From a virus (taxonomy: Duplodnaviria > Caudoviricetes): a stretch of 38,992 bases of DNA. Every line of letters begins with the position of its first letter. Position 1 is the first letter of the stretch. Below, one piece after another: positions 25,949 through 34,273 of this stretch. The position numbers and the translations under genes were made by a program. The DNA lies in IMG/VR virus record IMGVR_UViG_3300048598_000484, positions 1 to 38,992 of that record; one strand, 5' to 3'. The notes beneath the pieces were generated by a model. It saw only the letters and a program-made list of their open reading frames with translations, searched no databases and was not told where the DNA came from.

Positions 25949-26787
25949 TGATCCACACTTCACGACAGCTCAAGGCACTTGTCCGTAACATTGCCAAGGG
26001 TGACAGCGCGAAAGCACAAATCATCATCCGTAACTATGTGACAGAGCGGTTTCTTGAACGGCTCTCACTCTCACAATATCGAAGCAACGTGATTCTAAAG
26101 GGTGGAACTCTGATCGCAGCCATGGTTGGTTTGGATAACCGCTCCACCATGGATGTAGACACCACGTTGAAAAAACTGCCGCTGAATGAAACGACCGTGC
26201 GAACTATCGTCGATGATATCATTGCAGTTCAGCTCGAGGACGGCATGTCATTCGAAATAAAAAACGTGTCTCAGATCATGGACGATGCGGATTACCCCGG
26301 CATTCGTCTCATGCTTGATACAACTCTTGAAAACATGCATACTCCACTGAAAATCGACTTTTCCGCTAACGATGTAATTACACCTCGTGAGATGCCGTTT
26401 GCATTCCGTCTCTCTTTTGAAGAACGAACTATTCCAGTACTAGCGTATAACTTGGAAACCATTTTATCCGAGAAACTCGAAACCCTGCTTTCCAGGGGCA
26501 CCGCCAATACTCGCATGCGTGACTTTTACGATATCCATGTCCTCACCAATACACCAACGCAGCGCATTGATAACACCACGCTGAAAAAAGCGTTCAAAGG
26601 AACATGCAATAAGCGAAGTTCTCAGATTCTTTTGCCTGATATGGATCTGATTCTACAGGAGATTGCCGAAAGCGCTTCTCTGGTCGCGCTTTGGAAAAGT
26701 TATCAACGCAAGTATCAATATGCCTCAAGCGTTTCTTGGAATGACGTGATTAAGTCCGTCCGTGCCTTAGCTGAAATCGTGAAGTGA
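25948..26787 (+). CDS. abiEii: Type IV toxin-antitoxin toxin, AbiEii nucleotidyltransferase
   Basis: LKGG, RSTMDVD, SEKLE, RMRDFYDI; TAATG coupling with abiEi. Confidence 0.92.
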   Translation: MIHTSRQLKALVRNIAKGDSAKAQIIIRNYVTERFLERLSLSQYRSNVILKGGTLIAAMVGLDNRSTMDVDTTLKKLPLNETTVRTIVDDIIAVQLEDGMSFEIKNVSQIMDDADYPGIRLMLDTTLENMHTPLKIDFSANDVITPREMPFAFRLSFEERTIPVLAYNLETILSEKLETLLSRGTANTRMRDFYDIHVLTNTPTQRIDNTTLKKAFKGTCNKRSSQILLPDMDLILQEIAESASLVALWKSYQRKYQYASSVSWNDVIKSVRALAEIVK

Positions 26788-26808
26788 ATCCGCAGTGTTT
26801 TATCGCCA

Positions 26809-27168
26809 TCATAAGCGCGTTGAACGATTTGAGCTACCAATCGTAATCCTGGAATGGCAGCTCTTACAAAGCGCCATGAGGTTGCCATCGTCATTCGTAC
26901 CACCGTTTGCCAGCGGTAGAAGATGATGCACTTCCTCGGCGGCAGTGAGTCTGCCTTCGCATTTGCACTGCTCACACAAAGGATGCAGCAATAAAAATCG
27001 CGCGCGAAGTTTCTTCCACGCGCGTCCGTATCGTTTGTTGGTATCCGGGTCTCGAAGGTATCGGTTGTACTGACGATCGATGGAAAATCTGTGCTCATCA
27101 CAGTACTGACCATCGGTCAGCCTCCCGCACCCAGGGTAGGAGCACGGACGCTTGGGTTTCTTTGGCAT
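26809..27168 (-). CDS. HNH endonuclease (packaging-associated)
   Basis: MPKKPKRPC..PGC; PLCEQC; EVHH..PL..GGT..NLMALCKSCHS. Confidence 0.93.
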   Translation of the reverse strand: MPKKPKRPCSYPGCGRLTDGQYCDEHRFSIDRQYNRYLRDPDTNKRYGRAWKKLRARFLLLHPLCEQCKCEGRLTAAEEVHHLLPLANGGTNDDGNLMALCKSCHSRITIGSSNRSTRL

Positions 27169-27184
27169 CACAGTCCTCCAAAGG

Positions 27185-27232
27185 AAAGAAAAGAGCCTCC
27201 GCGTTTTCTTACCTGCGAAGGCTCTCTTCTTT
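27185..27232 (-). terminator. Terminator-like hairpin at the start of the packaging region
   Basis: Minus strand: AGAGCCTTCGC...GCGGAGGCTCT-TTTCTTT. Confidence 0.6.
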
Positions 27233-27288
27233 TTCATCACCATAACAATACAAAAGGAGCTAACTCTCTTTCAATCAACTTTGCTCTC

Positions 27289-27699
27289 CTATTTCAAAAA
27301 AGATCCCGCCTCCTCCAGCGCACGCTCATGCATGCGAAAAGCATATTGCATGCTGTAGTTCAAATCGATAGCGATTTCTTCCCAGCGCTTGAAACAGAGA
27401 TAACGCAGTTCCAATAGCGTCTGATACTCTGTGTTCTCTACCTGCTTGATACACGCCATAATCTCCGCTTTTAGATCGACCAGCGTATCGATATCATCGT
27501 TGATCTCGTTTTCCATGTCGACCATTTTACAGATCGTATCCTCCATGGAGTGTAGGTTCGGCGTCGCCGCTTTTGGCGTTCCGGAGAGCGTACCAGTCGC
27601 TTTACCCAACAGGGCACGAAGGGACATCACCTGTTCCAGCTTGCTGTTGATTCGCTGGTCGATGCGATATGCCTGCGATAAGTATTCTTTTGCATCCAT
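27289..27699 (-). CDS. DUF1492/ArpU/RinA-like late transcription regulator
   Basis: AKEYLSQAY; LLELRYL...WEEIA..LNYS...RMH..AL sigma-4-like HTH. Confidence 0.85.
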   Translation of the reverse strand: MDAKEYLSQAYRIDQRINSKLEQVMSLRALLGKATGTLSGTPKAATPNLHSMEDTICKMVDMENEINDDIDTLVDLKAEIMACIKQVENTEYQTLLELRYLCFKRWEEIAIDLNYSMQYAFRMHERALEEAGSFLK

Positions 27700-27716
27700 G
27701 TTTCTGACCTCCTTTG

Positions 27717-28010
27717 TTAAACTTCTATTCCTGCGTATGCCCACAGGACCGCCTTGACGTCCTCTACCGACCGAACCACATACGCATGGCCGCCGGCGAC
27801 CTTAATCCTGTGGATCGTCTGTTCCTGTAGCTTCGTCAATCTGCCTTCCGACGTCTTGACCTCGAAAGCGAAGAATCGGCCATCCAGGCAGCAGATCACG
27901 TCGGGGATTCCTGCTGATCCATACATGCCGCCATGCTCTTTCCAGGCAAAGCAGCGCGGAATTCTCTTTAGTAGCCGCATGATCGCAGCAACGATGTCTT
28001 TTTCCAACAA
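27717..28010 (-). CDS. VRR-NUC domain nuclease
   Basis: EKDI, GIPD, AFEVK, LQ, VVRSVED; TTG start after GGGGAG. Confidence 0.88.
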   Translation of the reverse strand: MLEKDIVAAIMRLLKRIPRCFAWKEHGGMYGSAGIPDVICCLDGRFFAFEVKTSEGRLTKLQEQTIHRIKVAGGHAYVVRSVEDVKAVLWAYAGIEV

Positions 28011-28080
28011 CTTGTAAATACTCCCCTTTACAGAAAAATGTGTTGAACTAATAAAACCCATGAAATATGCAGCTTTTTTG

Positions 28081-28170
28081 CCTTGTAGCACCTTGTAGCA
28101 GGTTTTTAAGTACCCTCTATAAAGAAAGCGTTTTTATACAGTACCCTTTTTACCTGCTACATCTGCTACA
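28081..28170. repeat. Tandem and inverted TGTAGCA repeats, candidate replication origin
   Basis: CCTTGTAGCA x2 (28081-28100) facing TGCTACA x2 (28155-28170) across an AT-rich spacer. Confidence 0.6.
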
Positions 28171-28176
28171 AAGACG

Positions 28177-30561
28177 TTAATCAAACGGAATCTCGCCTTG
28201 GTATTCGGTGAACTTTCCAGGCTCAAAGCGTAAGCGATAGCCGATAAAAATCGTCGTAAGCGCTCCTCCCGCATGTGGTCGTTTCCGCTCCACACGTCCG
28301 TACATCGCGAGAATTTGCTTGAAGTTTCGGGTATTCTCCGCAAAGCAACCATTCGCGTCACACCATTTCTTATACCGGTCATAGACCGCGGACGTTCGCT
28401 CTTCTGCATTTGCGATGGGCTCCATCTCATCCTCGATAAACAACCCGACCTTATCGCTCTCATGCCGGTAACGCTCGGTTGCAAAGCGCACCGATTCCGG
28501 CAACGCTAGCCCCTCGCGCTCCAACACCTGATATCCTTCCAAGAGCCAGTTCAGGATTGCGCTCTGATTAAGCGGCTCACTAAAGGTGTGCTTCAGTGTT
28601 TTATCCTGTTGGTTCTCTTCAAAATGACGCTCAAACGGTATGATCATGATCCTGCCGCTGGAAAACAGCGTCATGTCCGTCACAACCGGTAGATAGTTGG
28701 TATTCATGTAGATTTTGAACTGCGGCCGAAAGTCAAAGCTGTTTTCGTGCAGGAACCGCGCATTCAGCGTATCGTTGCCCGTCATACTCTTCACTTGGGC
28801 AACATTCAACAATAACCCTCTGCTTGGTTCCGAGATGTTCGCAAACCGAATCCCAGCCAAACGCGCGATATCCTCAGTTGGGTTCTGGCTGCTGACGTTC
28901 TGCTTCATGCTGATTGTCTCGGGCCGCACGGTGCTTCCGTAATCGCCCATGACCTTAAGTACGCTCTCCATGAGCGTCCCTTTCCCATTGCGCGTCGTTG
29001 CGCCGTAGAGTATGAACAGACACTCAAACCGCGTATCGCCGCTGAGCGAATACCCCAGTGCTCGCTGCAGAAATCTCGCTCTGGCTTGGTCACCGCTCAT
29101 GATTTCATCCACAAATGCATCGAACCGTTCGCAGCGAGCGGACGGATCGTAGACAACGTCCGATATCTTCGTGAGCTTGTCCTCAGGATCGTGTGGCCGA
29201 AAAGTCATGTTCTTCAGATGCATCGTCCCATTCTGGCAATTGAACAGAAATGGATCTGAGTCAAACGCTTCCATCGGAATCGGGTAAACTCCCTGTGCAT
29301 CCTTCAGGATCGTTTCGCGGGTCCTTCTCGTCTGCCACTTTTTACAACGATCGATGTACTCTTTCCGCAGCTGCTCGTCAGAGATATGGAACGCATATAC
29401 CATGAGCTCGTTTGCGAGTTTTTTGCACAGTTCCATCGCTTTGAGCCCGGCAATGTCCGGCTCCCAGCGTTTGCCGCTGAAAATGTACCAGAGCTTTCGC
29501 TCCGGCACATACCGAGCAACGCCGCCGTAGTAATCCGAGAAGAGTCGACTATTGCCGATGTCCGTATTGAGATAGCGCGGATTCTGCTCTGGATGCAGCG
29601 CCTGCAGCGATTCGACCTGCGGTATATGATCTTTTTCACTGCTCCGCTGCTCACGCGGCAGCTTTTTCGCCTCATCGACGCACCCTTGCACCCAAGCCCG
29701 GAACAACCCAGGGTCGTCCATGAGCAGCTCATTGGGGTCTTTATACCCTTCCGGCGTCGTCGTGCGCAAATGTGCCACTCCTTGTGCTTGGAGCTGTGTG
29801 CAGAGTTTGCCGGCAGCTTCATCGCCTGCGTTGTCCCGATCCATGCACACGATCACCGGCGGCACATTCTCGCGCGCTTTAAGCGCGTCGATCAACTTTC
29901 TGGTTCCCGTGCCGCATGTCGCAACGGCGGAACAGCCTTCCTGCATGATCGACAGTGCACAAAATGCGCTCTCGACGACGAACACCGGCGCATCATGGTC
30001 CAGCGACTCTTCGTAAAACAAAGGCTCCGGGCCTGCGTCCTCAGAGCGCGGTTTAAAGAAATGCTTATCCGATATGCTCCGCGAAATGTAATATTCCGAT
30101 TTCGTGCCGTACGGTATGACGATCGCATTTCTCTTAAGATCAAATCCGAACCGGAATGCAAGCATGCTCTCGCCGGTGAATCCTCGATGCTGCAAGTACA
30201 TCTGTGCAGCCGGCGCGACGGCAAACGCCTCGATGCATTGATCGATGTACTCCGAGATTGGAGCATGGTTAGTCACCACCGACTTTTTTTGCACCGGTGC
30301 AGACGTATGAATGTGAAACCCTTCCGTGATGCTCTGCGCTGCATCTGTCGTGCTCAGATGCTTTAGACGAGCCACTAGGTCGATCGCGTCGCCAGACGCG
30401 TCGCATCCAAAGCACTTGAACCTGCCCTCCTTGAATGACATGGAAGGTGTCTGATCGTTGTGAAACGGACACTTCGCTTTGCCGTTTTGTACTTCAATCC
30501 CCAGCCACCTCGCCACTTCCTCAATTGGGATCTCCTGACGGATTTTCTGAAAATCAGCCAT
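28177..30561 (-). CDS. P4-type primase-helicase (CHC2 zinc finger, TOPRIM, D5_N, SF3 helicase)
   Basis: CPFHND...CFGC; VVES...DRD...KDPNE; TDIGN; GATTRNGKGT Walker A. Confidence 0.92.
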   Translation of the reverse strand: MADFQKIRQEIPIEEVARWLGIEVQNGKAKCPFHNDQTPSMSFKEGRFKCFGCDASGDAIDLVARLKHLSTTDAAQSITEGFHIHTSAPVQKKSVVTNHAPISEYIDQCIEAFAVAPAAQMYLQHRGFTGESMLAFRFGFDLKRNAIVIPYGTKSEYYISRSISDKHFFKPRSEDAGPEPLFYEESLDHDAPVFVVESAFCALSIMQEGCSAVATCGTGTRKLIDALKARENVPPVIVCMDRDNAGDEAAGKLCTQLQAQGVAHLRTTTPEGYKDPNELLMDDPGLFRAWVQGCVDEAKKLPREQRSSEKDHIPQVESLQALHPEQNPRYLNTDIGNSRLFSDYYGGVARYVPERKLWYIFSGKRWEPDIAGLKAMELCKKLANELMVYAFHISDEQLRKEYIDRCKKWQTRRTRETILKDAQGVYPIPMEAFDSDPFLFNCQNGTMHLKNMTFRPHDPEDKLTKISDVVYDPSARCERFDAFVDEIMSGDQARARFLQRALGYSLSGDTRFECLFILYGATTRNGKGTLMESVLKVMGDYGSTVRPETISMKQNVSSQNPTEDIARLAGIRFANISEPSRGLLLNVAQVKSMTGNDTLNARFLHENSFDFRPQFKIYMNTNYLPVVTDMTLFSSGRIMIIPFERHFEENQQDKTLKHTFSEPLNQSAILNWLLEGYQVLEREGLALPESVRFATERYRHESDKVGLFIEDEMEPIANAEERTSAVYDRYKKWCDANGCFAENTRNFKQILAMYGRVERKRPHAGGALTTIFIGYRLRFEPGKFTEYQGEIPFD

Positions 30562-30599
30562 ACGCAACCCTCCCTTCCGACCGAAATTGCTGCTGCATA

Positions 30600-31022
30600 C
30601 TACTGCTCACGCCGCTTAACCTCTATGCAATCCCTGTCAAAGTACCGAATTGTCATGAACCGCGCTATTGCGTGTGCAATTTCGCGCTGCATGCCGGCGC
30701 TGTACCGATCTCCGAAAACCCAGAGCTCTTCACACAGATCCAGAAGTCGTAGACCCATGTCCATGCCATCCAAGCGCTCTTTCGTCTGCTTATCGTTCAG
30801 AAACTGTGGATACATCAGGTGCGGTGTGATCGGCATATAACCGCTCAAATACGCAAATCGCGAATATTGGCGCGCATTTTGAACGTTTCCTTTGATGCAG
30901 CCGGCATACGGCGAGCAGATAAATACCATAGGTCGATTCATTTTTTCGAGATACGGTATCCTTGTGAATCCGGATGATCCCATTGGGATCGCCGAGTTCG
31001 TTGCTTTTCTCATGTGGTTCAT
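30600..31022 (-). CDS. Nucleoside 2-deoxyribosyltransferase-like protein (DUF4406-type)
   Basis: VFICSPYAG; PITPHL; CEELWVFG..SAGM..EI. Confidence 0.75.
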   Translation of the reverse strand: MNHMRKATNSAIPMGSSGFTRIPYLEKMNRPMVFICSPYAGCIKGNVQNARQYSRFAYLSGYMPITPHLMYPQFLNDKQTKERLDGMDMGLRLLDLCEELWVFGDRYSAGMQREIAHAIARFMTIRYFDRDCIEVKRREQ

Positions 31023-31079
31023 CCCCCTCTCTTTTAGCAATTGGGGGAGCGGATGCCCGCTCCCCCTGCTAAATTGTTC

Positions 31080-31832
31080 TTACGATTCTACGATCTCACC
31101 TGTCACCGGATCGAACGGTGTCGGTACCTCAGTAAACTCATCCAGATCAATAGCTGTGGCCGCGGCATGCTTGGCGTACTCCTTTACCTGCTCTGCAAGC
31201 TGCGAAACGGCCGTGAGCTCTACCTCCGTGAGCGGACGGTCGATCCGGAACTGCGCTTGGGAGTAGGCGATACCGCCGGTGTTCACCGCTTTCTTGAGCG
31301 AGACGCGCGTCACAACCGAGATCGACTTCTTTCCGTGGCTCAGCAGGCGCTGGATATAGCGCGTGAACTCCTTGAGCGAACCGGTCGGTAATGAGAGTAG
31401 CAGCGGAAATACCTCGCCCTCGCGCAGGATATAGATACGGCGGCGATTCTTGCACGCTTTCCCACCGCCTTCGCCGGTGCCGAACTGGTTATATCGGCAC
31501 TTGGCGCATGCGCCGCCGGGATCGCCTTCACCGGTGATGCCGTCGAAGCTGCCGCAGTCCGGCGGTTCATTGCCGCCGGCGTATTTGTCGCGGTAATACG
31601 CAAACAGCGGATGGTGATAGAGGATGACGCCGGTGAATTCCTTCACCGTTGTGGGTTCGCTGTCGTCCTCCCCAGGCAGCTCGAACACCGTACTGCCAGC
31701 CGACGGAATTTTGATCCGCTCAAACGAGAGGCTCAGCCCCTCAAGTTCCTGAGACATCGCATCGCTCAGGTTGAAGTTGGCAAGTTCCGAGAAAGCGTTC
31801 TGCGTGGTTGCGATTCCTGTTTTTTGTGTCAT
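31080..31832 (-). CDS. Putative ssDNA-binding/replication protein
   Basis: Replication-module position; RIKIPSAG, Cys cluster (PDC...CAKC...ACK), acidic tail PFDPVTGEI. Confidence 0.55.
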   Translation of the reverse strand: MTQKTGIATTQNAFSELANFNLSDAMSQELEGLSLSFERIKIPSAGSTVFELPGEDDSEPTTVKEFTGVILYHHPLFAYYRDKYAGGNEPPDCGSFDGITGEGDPGGACAKCRYNQFGTGEGGGKACKNRRRIYILREGEVFPLLLSLPTGSLKEFTRYIQRLLSHGKKSISVVTRVSLKKAVNTGGIAYSQAQFRIDRPLTEVELTAVSQLAEQVKEYAKHAAATAIDLDEFTEVPTPFDPVTGEIVES

Positions 31833-31851
31833 GTTGTTTGCTTCCTTTCCT

Positions 31852-32268
31852 TTACCGGGCGGCTTTTCGTACGCCAACCGTTGTTGTTTCGAATACATTC
31901 ACGAGACCATCGAGCCATTGCGGCAGAACATCCTCGTTCTCCGTGGTCTGTTCTTTGACAAACGCCGAGAGTGAGTTGGCGTTGACGGTCTCGTAGACCA
32001 AATCGCCGAATCCCGCTGCGCGTAGTGCCGCGAACAGCTCATCCTTACGCCCGGCTGCCGCCGAAGCGCGCGTCGTGTTGGTCAGGCAGAACATCGTACC
32101 GTTGCGGGTGAAGTTCTGCGTTTCCGTACTGATCATGCGCTCAGCCAGCGCGGCATCCACGCGGTCGATCTCCTCCGTGATCTCTTTGAGCTCCTGCTCT
32201 GCGTATTTCTTCGTTTCTTTGAGTTCGCGCAGCTGATCCGCCAACGCGAACAGTTCTTCAGATGGCAT
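31852..32268 (-). CDS. Conserved phage replication-module protein (coiled coil)
   Basis: N-terminal coiled coil; ETVNANSLSAFVKE; GAGGAG RBS. Confidence 0.65.
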   Translation of the reverse strand: MPSEELFALADQLRELKETKKYAEQELKEITEEIDRVDAALAERMISTETQNFTRNGTMFCLTNTTRASAAAGRKDELFAALRAAGFGDLVYETVNANSLSAFVKEQTTENEDVLPQWLDGLVNVFETTTVGVRKAAR

Positions 32269-32283
32269 TGTTTTCTCCTCCTC

Positions 32284-33732
32284 TTATTTGGTTTGAAACG
32301 GGTTCTTACCCGCCCTGTATTTGTCGATCAGAATTCTTGCCAGATCGGCTTTGTCTATTAGCGCCTGAAGCACTTTTTCATCCACAGTGCCAGCGGCGAC
32401 GAGGTAGAGATAGGTGCAGGGGTTTCGTTGACCGACGCGATGGATCCGCGCTTTCGCCTGTTCGAAGTTGGACATGCTGTAATCCAGAGAGTAGAAGACC
32501 ATCGTGTCGGCGGCCGTGAGCGTGATGCCCAGCCCGGCTGTCGCGATCTGGCCAACAAACACCGTTGTGTCTGGATCCGTTTGGAATCGCCGCACCTGTT
32601 CGTCACGATCCTTGAACTCACCGGAGATGATGGAATAGCCGATCACCTTTTTCTCAAGCATTCCCAGGATCGCATCGATCTCAGGCAGAAACCGCGCGAT
32701 AATCACGAGCTTTTTCCCATCCTCTGCAGCGCTGTCCACGATGTCCGACAATGCCTTGAGTTTGGCATCGCTCACCGATACGGGCCGGTCGGAATCGTCT
32801 TGACATAGGAATCCGCCGGTCAGTTGGGACAATCGCAGCAGGCGTGTCAGCACATTTGTTGCGGTCACCTCGCCCTCGCGGAGCTGAATCATGCTGTCGT
32901 GCACCATATCGAGATATAGGTGCTGTGCCTCCGGTTCCAGCAGGACCGTTCGGACGATTTCCGTCGTTTCCGGCAGGTCCAGGCACTCGGCTTTCGTTGC
33001 GCGGAATGCGATGCTGTGGATGCGGCGCGTGAGTTCCTTCGCCATGCGCTCTTTCAACACGGGAACGTGCAGTCCGTACCCGGTCATATCGAAATAGCGA
33101 TTACGGAAAGCATAGAAGCTGTTACCGAACACCGCCGGATTCAGGAATTTGTACGGGCTGAACACGTCGATGGCCTTGTTGGTGATGATCGTGCCCGTCA
33201 GCAGCATCCGATACCGTGCCTTCGCGCCGAGCCGGTGCATGCACTTGCTCGCCGCGATATTGTGAGTCTTGATCTTGTGCCCTTCGTCGCACACAATGAG
33301 ATCTGCGTTCCATGCGGCAAGCTCGTCTTCCAGCCGCCATGCGGATTCGAAGTTGATCACTCCAACGATCAATCCGTTTGTCGATATTTGTCGAAGATTC
33401 TCGGATTTTCTCGATCCGGTTCCATTGAGAACAGCAAGCGAATACGGATAGTCCGCGAATTTCTGAAATTCCTCCTGCCAGACACCCAGGATCGACAACG
33501 GGGCCACAATGAGCATCCTCTCAATCTTATGATCGAGAAACAGCCGACCTGCGACTGCTATGGTTGTCAGTGTTTTGCCGGTTCCCATTTCCATGAGAAG
33601 CGCTATACCGCGACTTGGCGGTGGGTTGCATCCTGTCAGGCCGAACGAGCGACAGGCAAATTCATATGCCCGTTGCTGATGACCATACGGATGCGCTTTA
33701 ACCGGCATTCGGTTCGTCATGTTTTGTTCCAT
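32284..33732 (-). CDS. SNF2-family (DEAD/DEAH-like) helicase
   Basis: MEMGTGKT, CDEGH, LTGT, GLGITLT, QAKARIHRVGQ. Confidence 0.93.
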   Translation of the reverse strand: MEQNMTNRMPVKAHPYGHQQRAYEFACRSFGLTGCNPPPSRGIALLMEMGTGKTLTTIAVAGRLFLDHKIERMLIVAPLSILGVWQEEFQKFADYPYSLAVLNGTGSRKSENLRQISTNGLIVGVINFESAWRLEDELAAWNADLIVCDEGHKIKTHNIAASKCMHRLGAKARYRMLLTGTIITNKAIDVFSPYKFLNPAVFGNSFYAFRNRYFDMTGYGLHVPVLKERMAKELTRRIHSIAFRATKAECLDLPETTEIVRTVLLEPEAQHLYLDMVHDSMIQLREGEVTATNVLTRLLRLSQLTGGFLCQDDSDRPVSVSDAKLKALSDIVDSAAEDGKKLVIIARFLPEIDAILGMLEKKVIGYSIISGEFKDRDEQVRRFQTDPDTTVFVGQIATAGLGITLTAADTMVFYSLDYSMSNFEQAKARIHRVGQRNPCTYLYLVAAGTVDEKVLQALIDKADLARILIDKYRAGKNPFQTK

Positions 33733-33776
33733 CAATTCCTCTCCAACATTCTTTTGTTTCAAAAAGAGTCGTAAGC

Positions 33777-33920
33777 GCGTCAGCCGGTCGTTCTCACCCA
33801 CAGGCTCTTCGCCTCCCCGCTTCCCGCCGGGCCGTGCTCTGGGACGTTATCCTCGACTGCACGGGAGTATCTTTCAGGTGTTGACTGACGCCCCGATATT
33901 CCGTTATCAATGTGCCGTGC
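33777..33920 (-). ncRNA. Candidate structured 5' leader RNA with a boxA-like element
   Basis: 9-bp closing stem GCGUCAGUC/GGCUGACGC, nested stems, and GCACAUUGAUAACGGAAUA just upstream. Confidence 0.45.
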
Positions 33921-33979
33921 TTGGCTTTCCTGTCGGCTAACCTTGCGGGCAGAGCATATAAAAAAAGCGCTTTTTTGAC

Positions 33980-33998
33980 CCGGAAATAAAATTTCCGG
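33980..33998. promoter_or_regulatory. Palindromic operator 1
   Basis: CCGGAAAT-AAA-ATTTCCGG. Confidence 0.8.
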
Positions 33999-34079
33999 TT
34001 TTTGGCCAAAAAACGGGCTTTTTGAGCTCATTTTCGGGGTCAAAAGGCCAAAAAATCGCATAAAGTCTGGATTTTTGAA

Positions 34080-34098
34080 CCGGAAATTTTATTTCCGG
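34080..34098. promoter_or_regulatory. Palindromic operator 2, exact reverse complement of operator 1
   Basis: CCGGAAAT-TTT-ATTTCCGG, starting 100 bp after operator 1. Confidence 0.8.
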
Positions 34099-34161
34099 TT
34101 TGAGCTCATATTTTCTTCAAAAATCACCGCTTTTTTGCATGAAATGCCAGTTAACATGTCC

Positions 34162-34196
34162 AAAAAGCAAAAAACGCCTCTTCTCGAGACGTTTTT
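34162..34196 (-). terminator. Intrinsic terminator
   Basis: Minus strand: AAAAACGTCTC-GAGAA-GAGGCGTTTTT-TGCTTTTT. Confidence 0.75.
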
Positions 34197-34227
34197 AATC
34201 ATGGAATGGGTATTCTATTCTCTTCGT

Positions 34228-34257
34228 AAAAAATAGCGGCCGGTTTGATCCGGCCGC
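34228..34257 (-). terminator. Intrinsic terminator directly after the ImmA/IrrE-like gene
   Basis: Minus strand: GCGGCCGG-ATCAAA-CCGGCCGC-TATTTTTT. Confidence 0.8.
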
Positions 34258-34273
34258 CATCTTGAAAGAAAAT

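Noticed and set aside
29386-30366. 326-aa plus-strand ORF, and similar ORFs at 15732-16565, 18273-18965 and 32920-33774
   Set aside because: Antisense shadows of well-supported genes, with no recognisable motifs
33780-34061. Short minus-strand ORFs over the operator region as a cro gene
   Set aside because: No HTH pattern or RBS; composition reflects the A-tracts and palindromes
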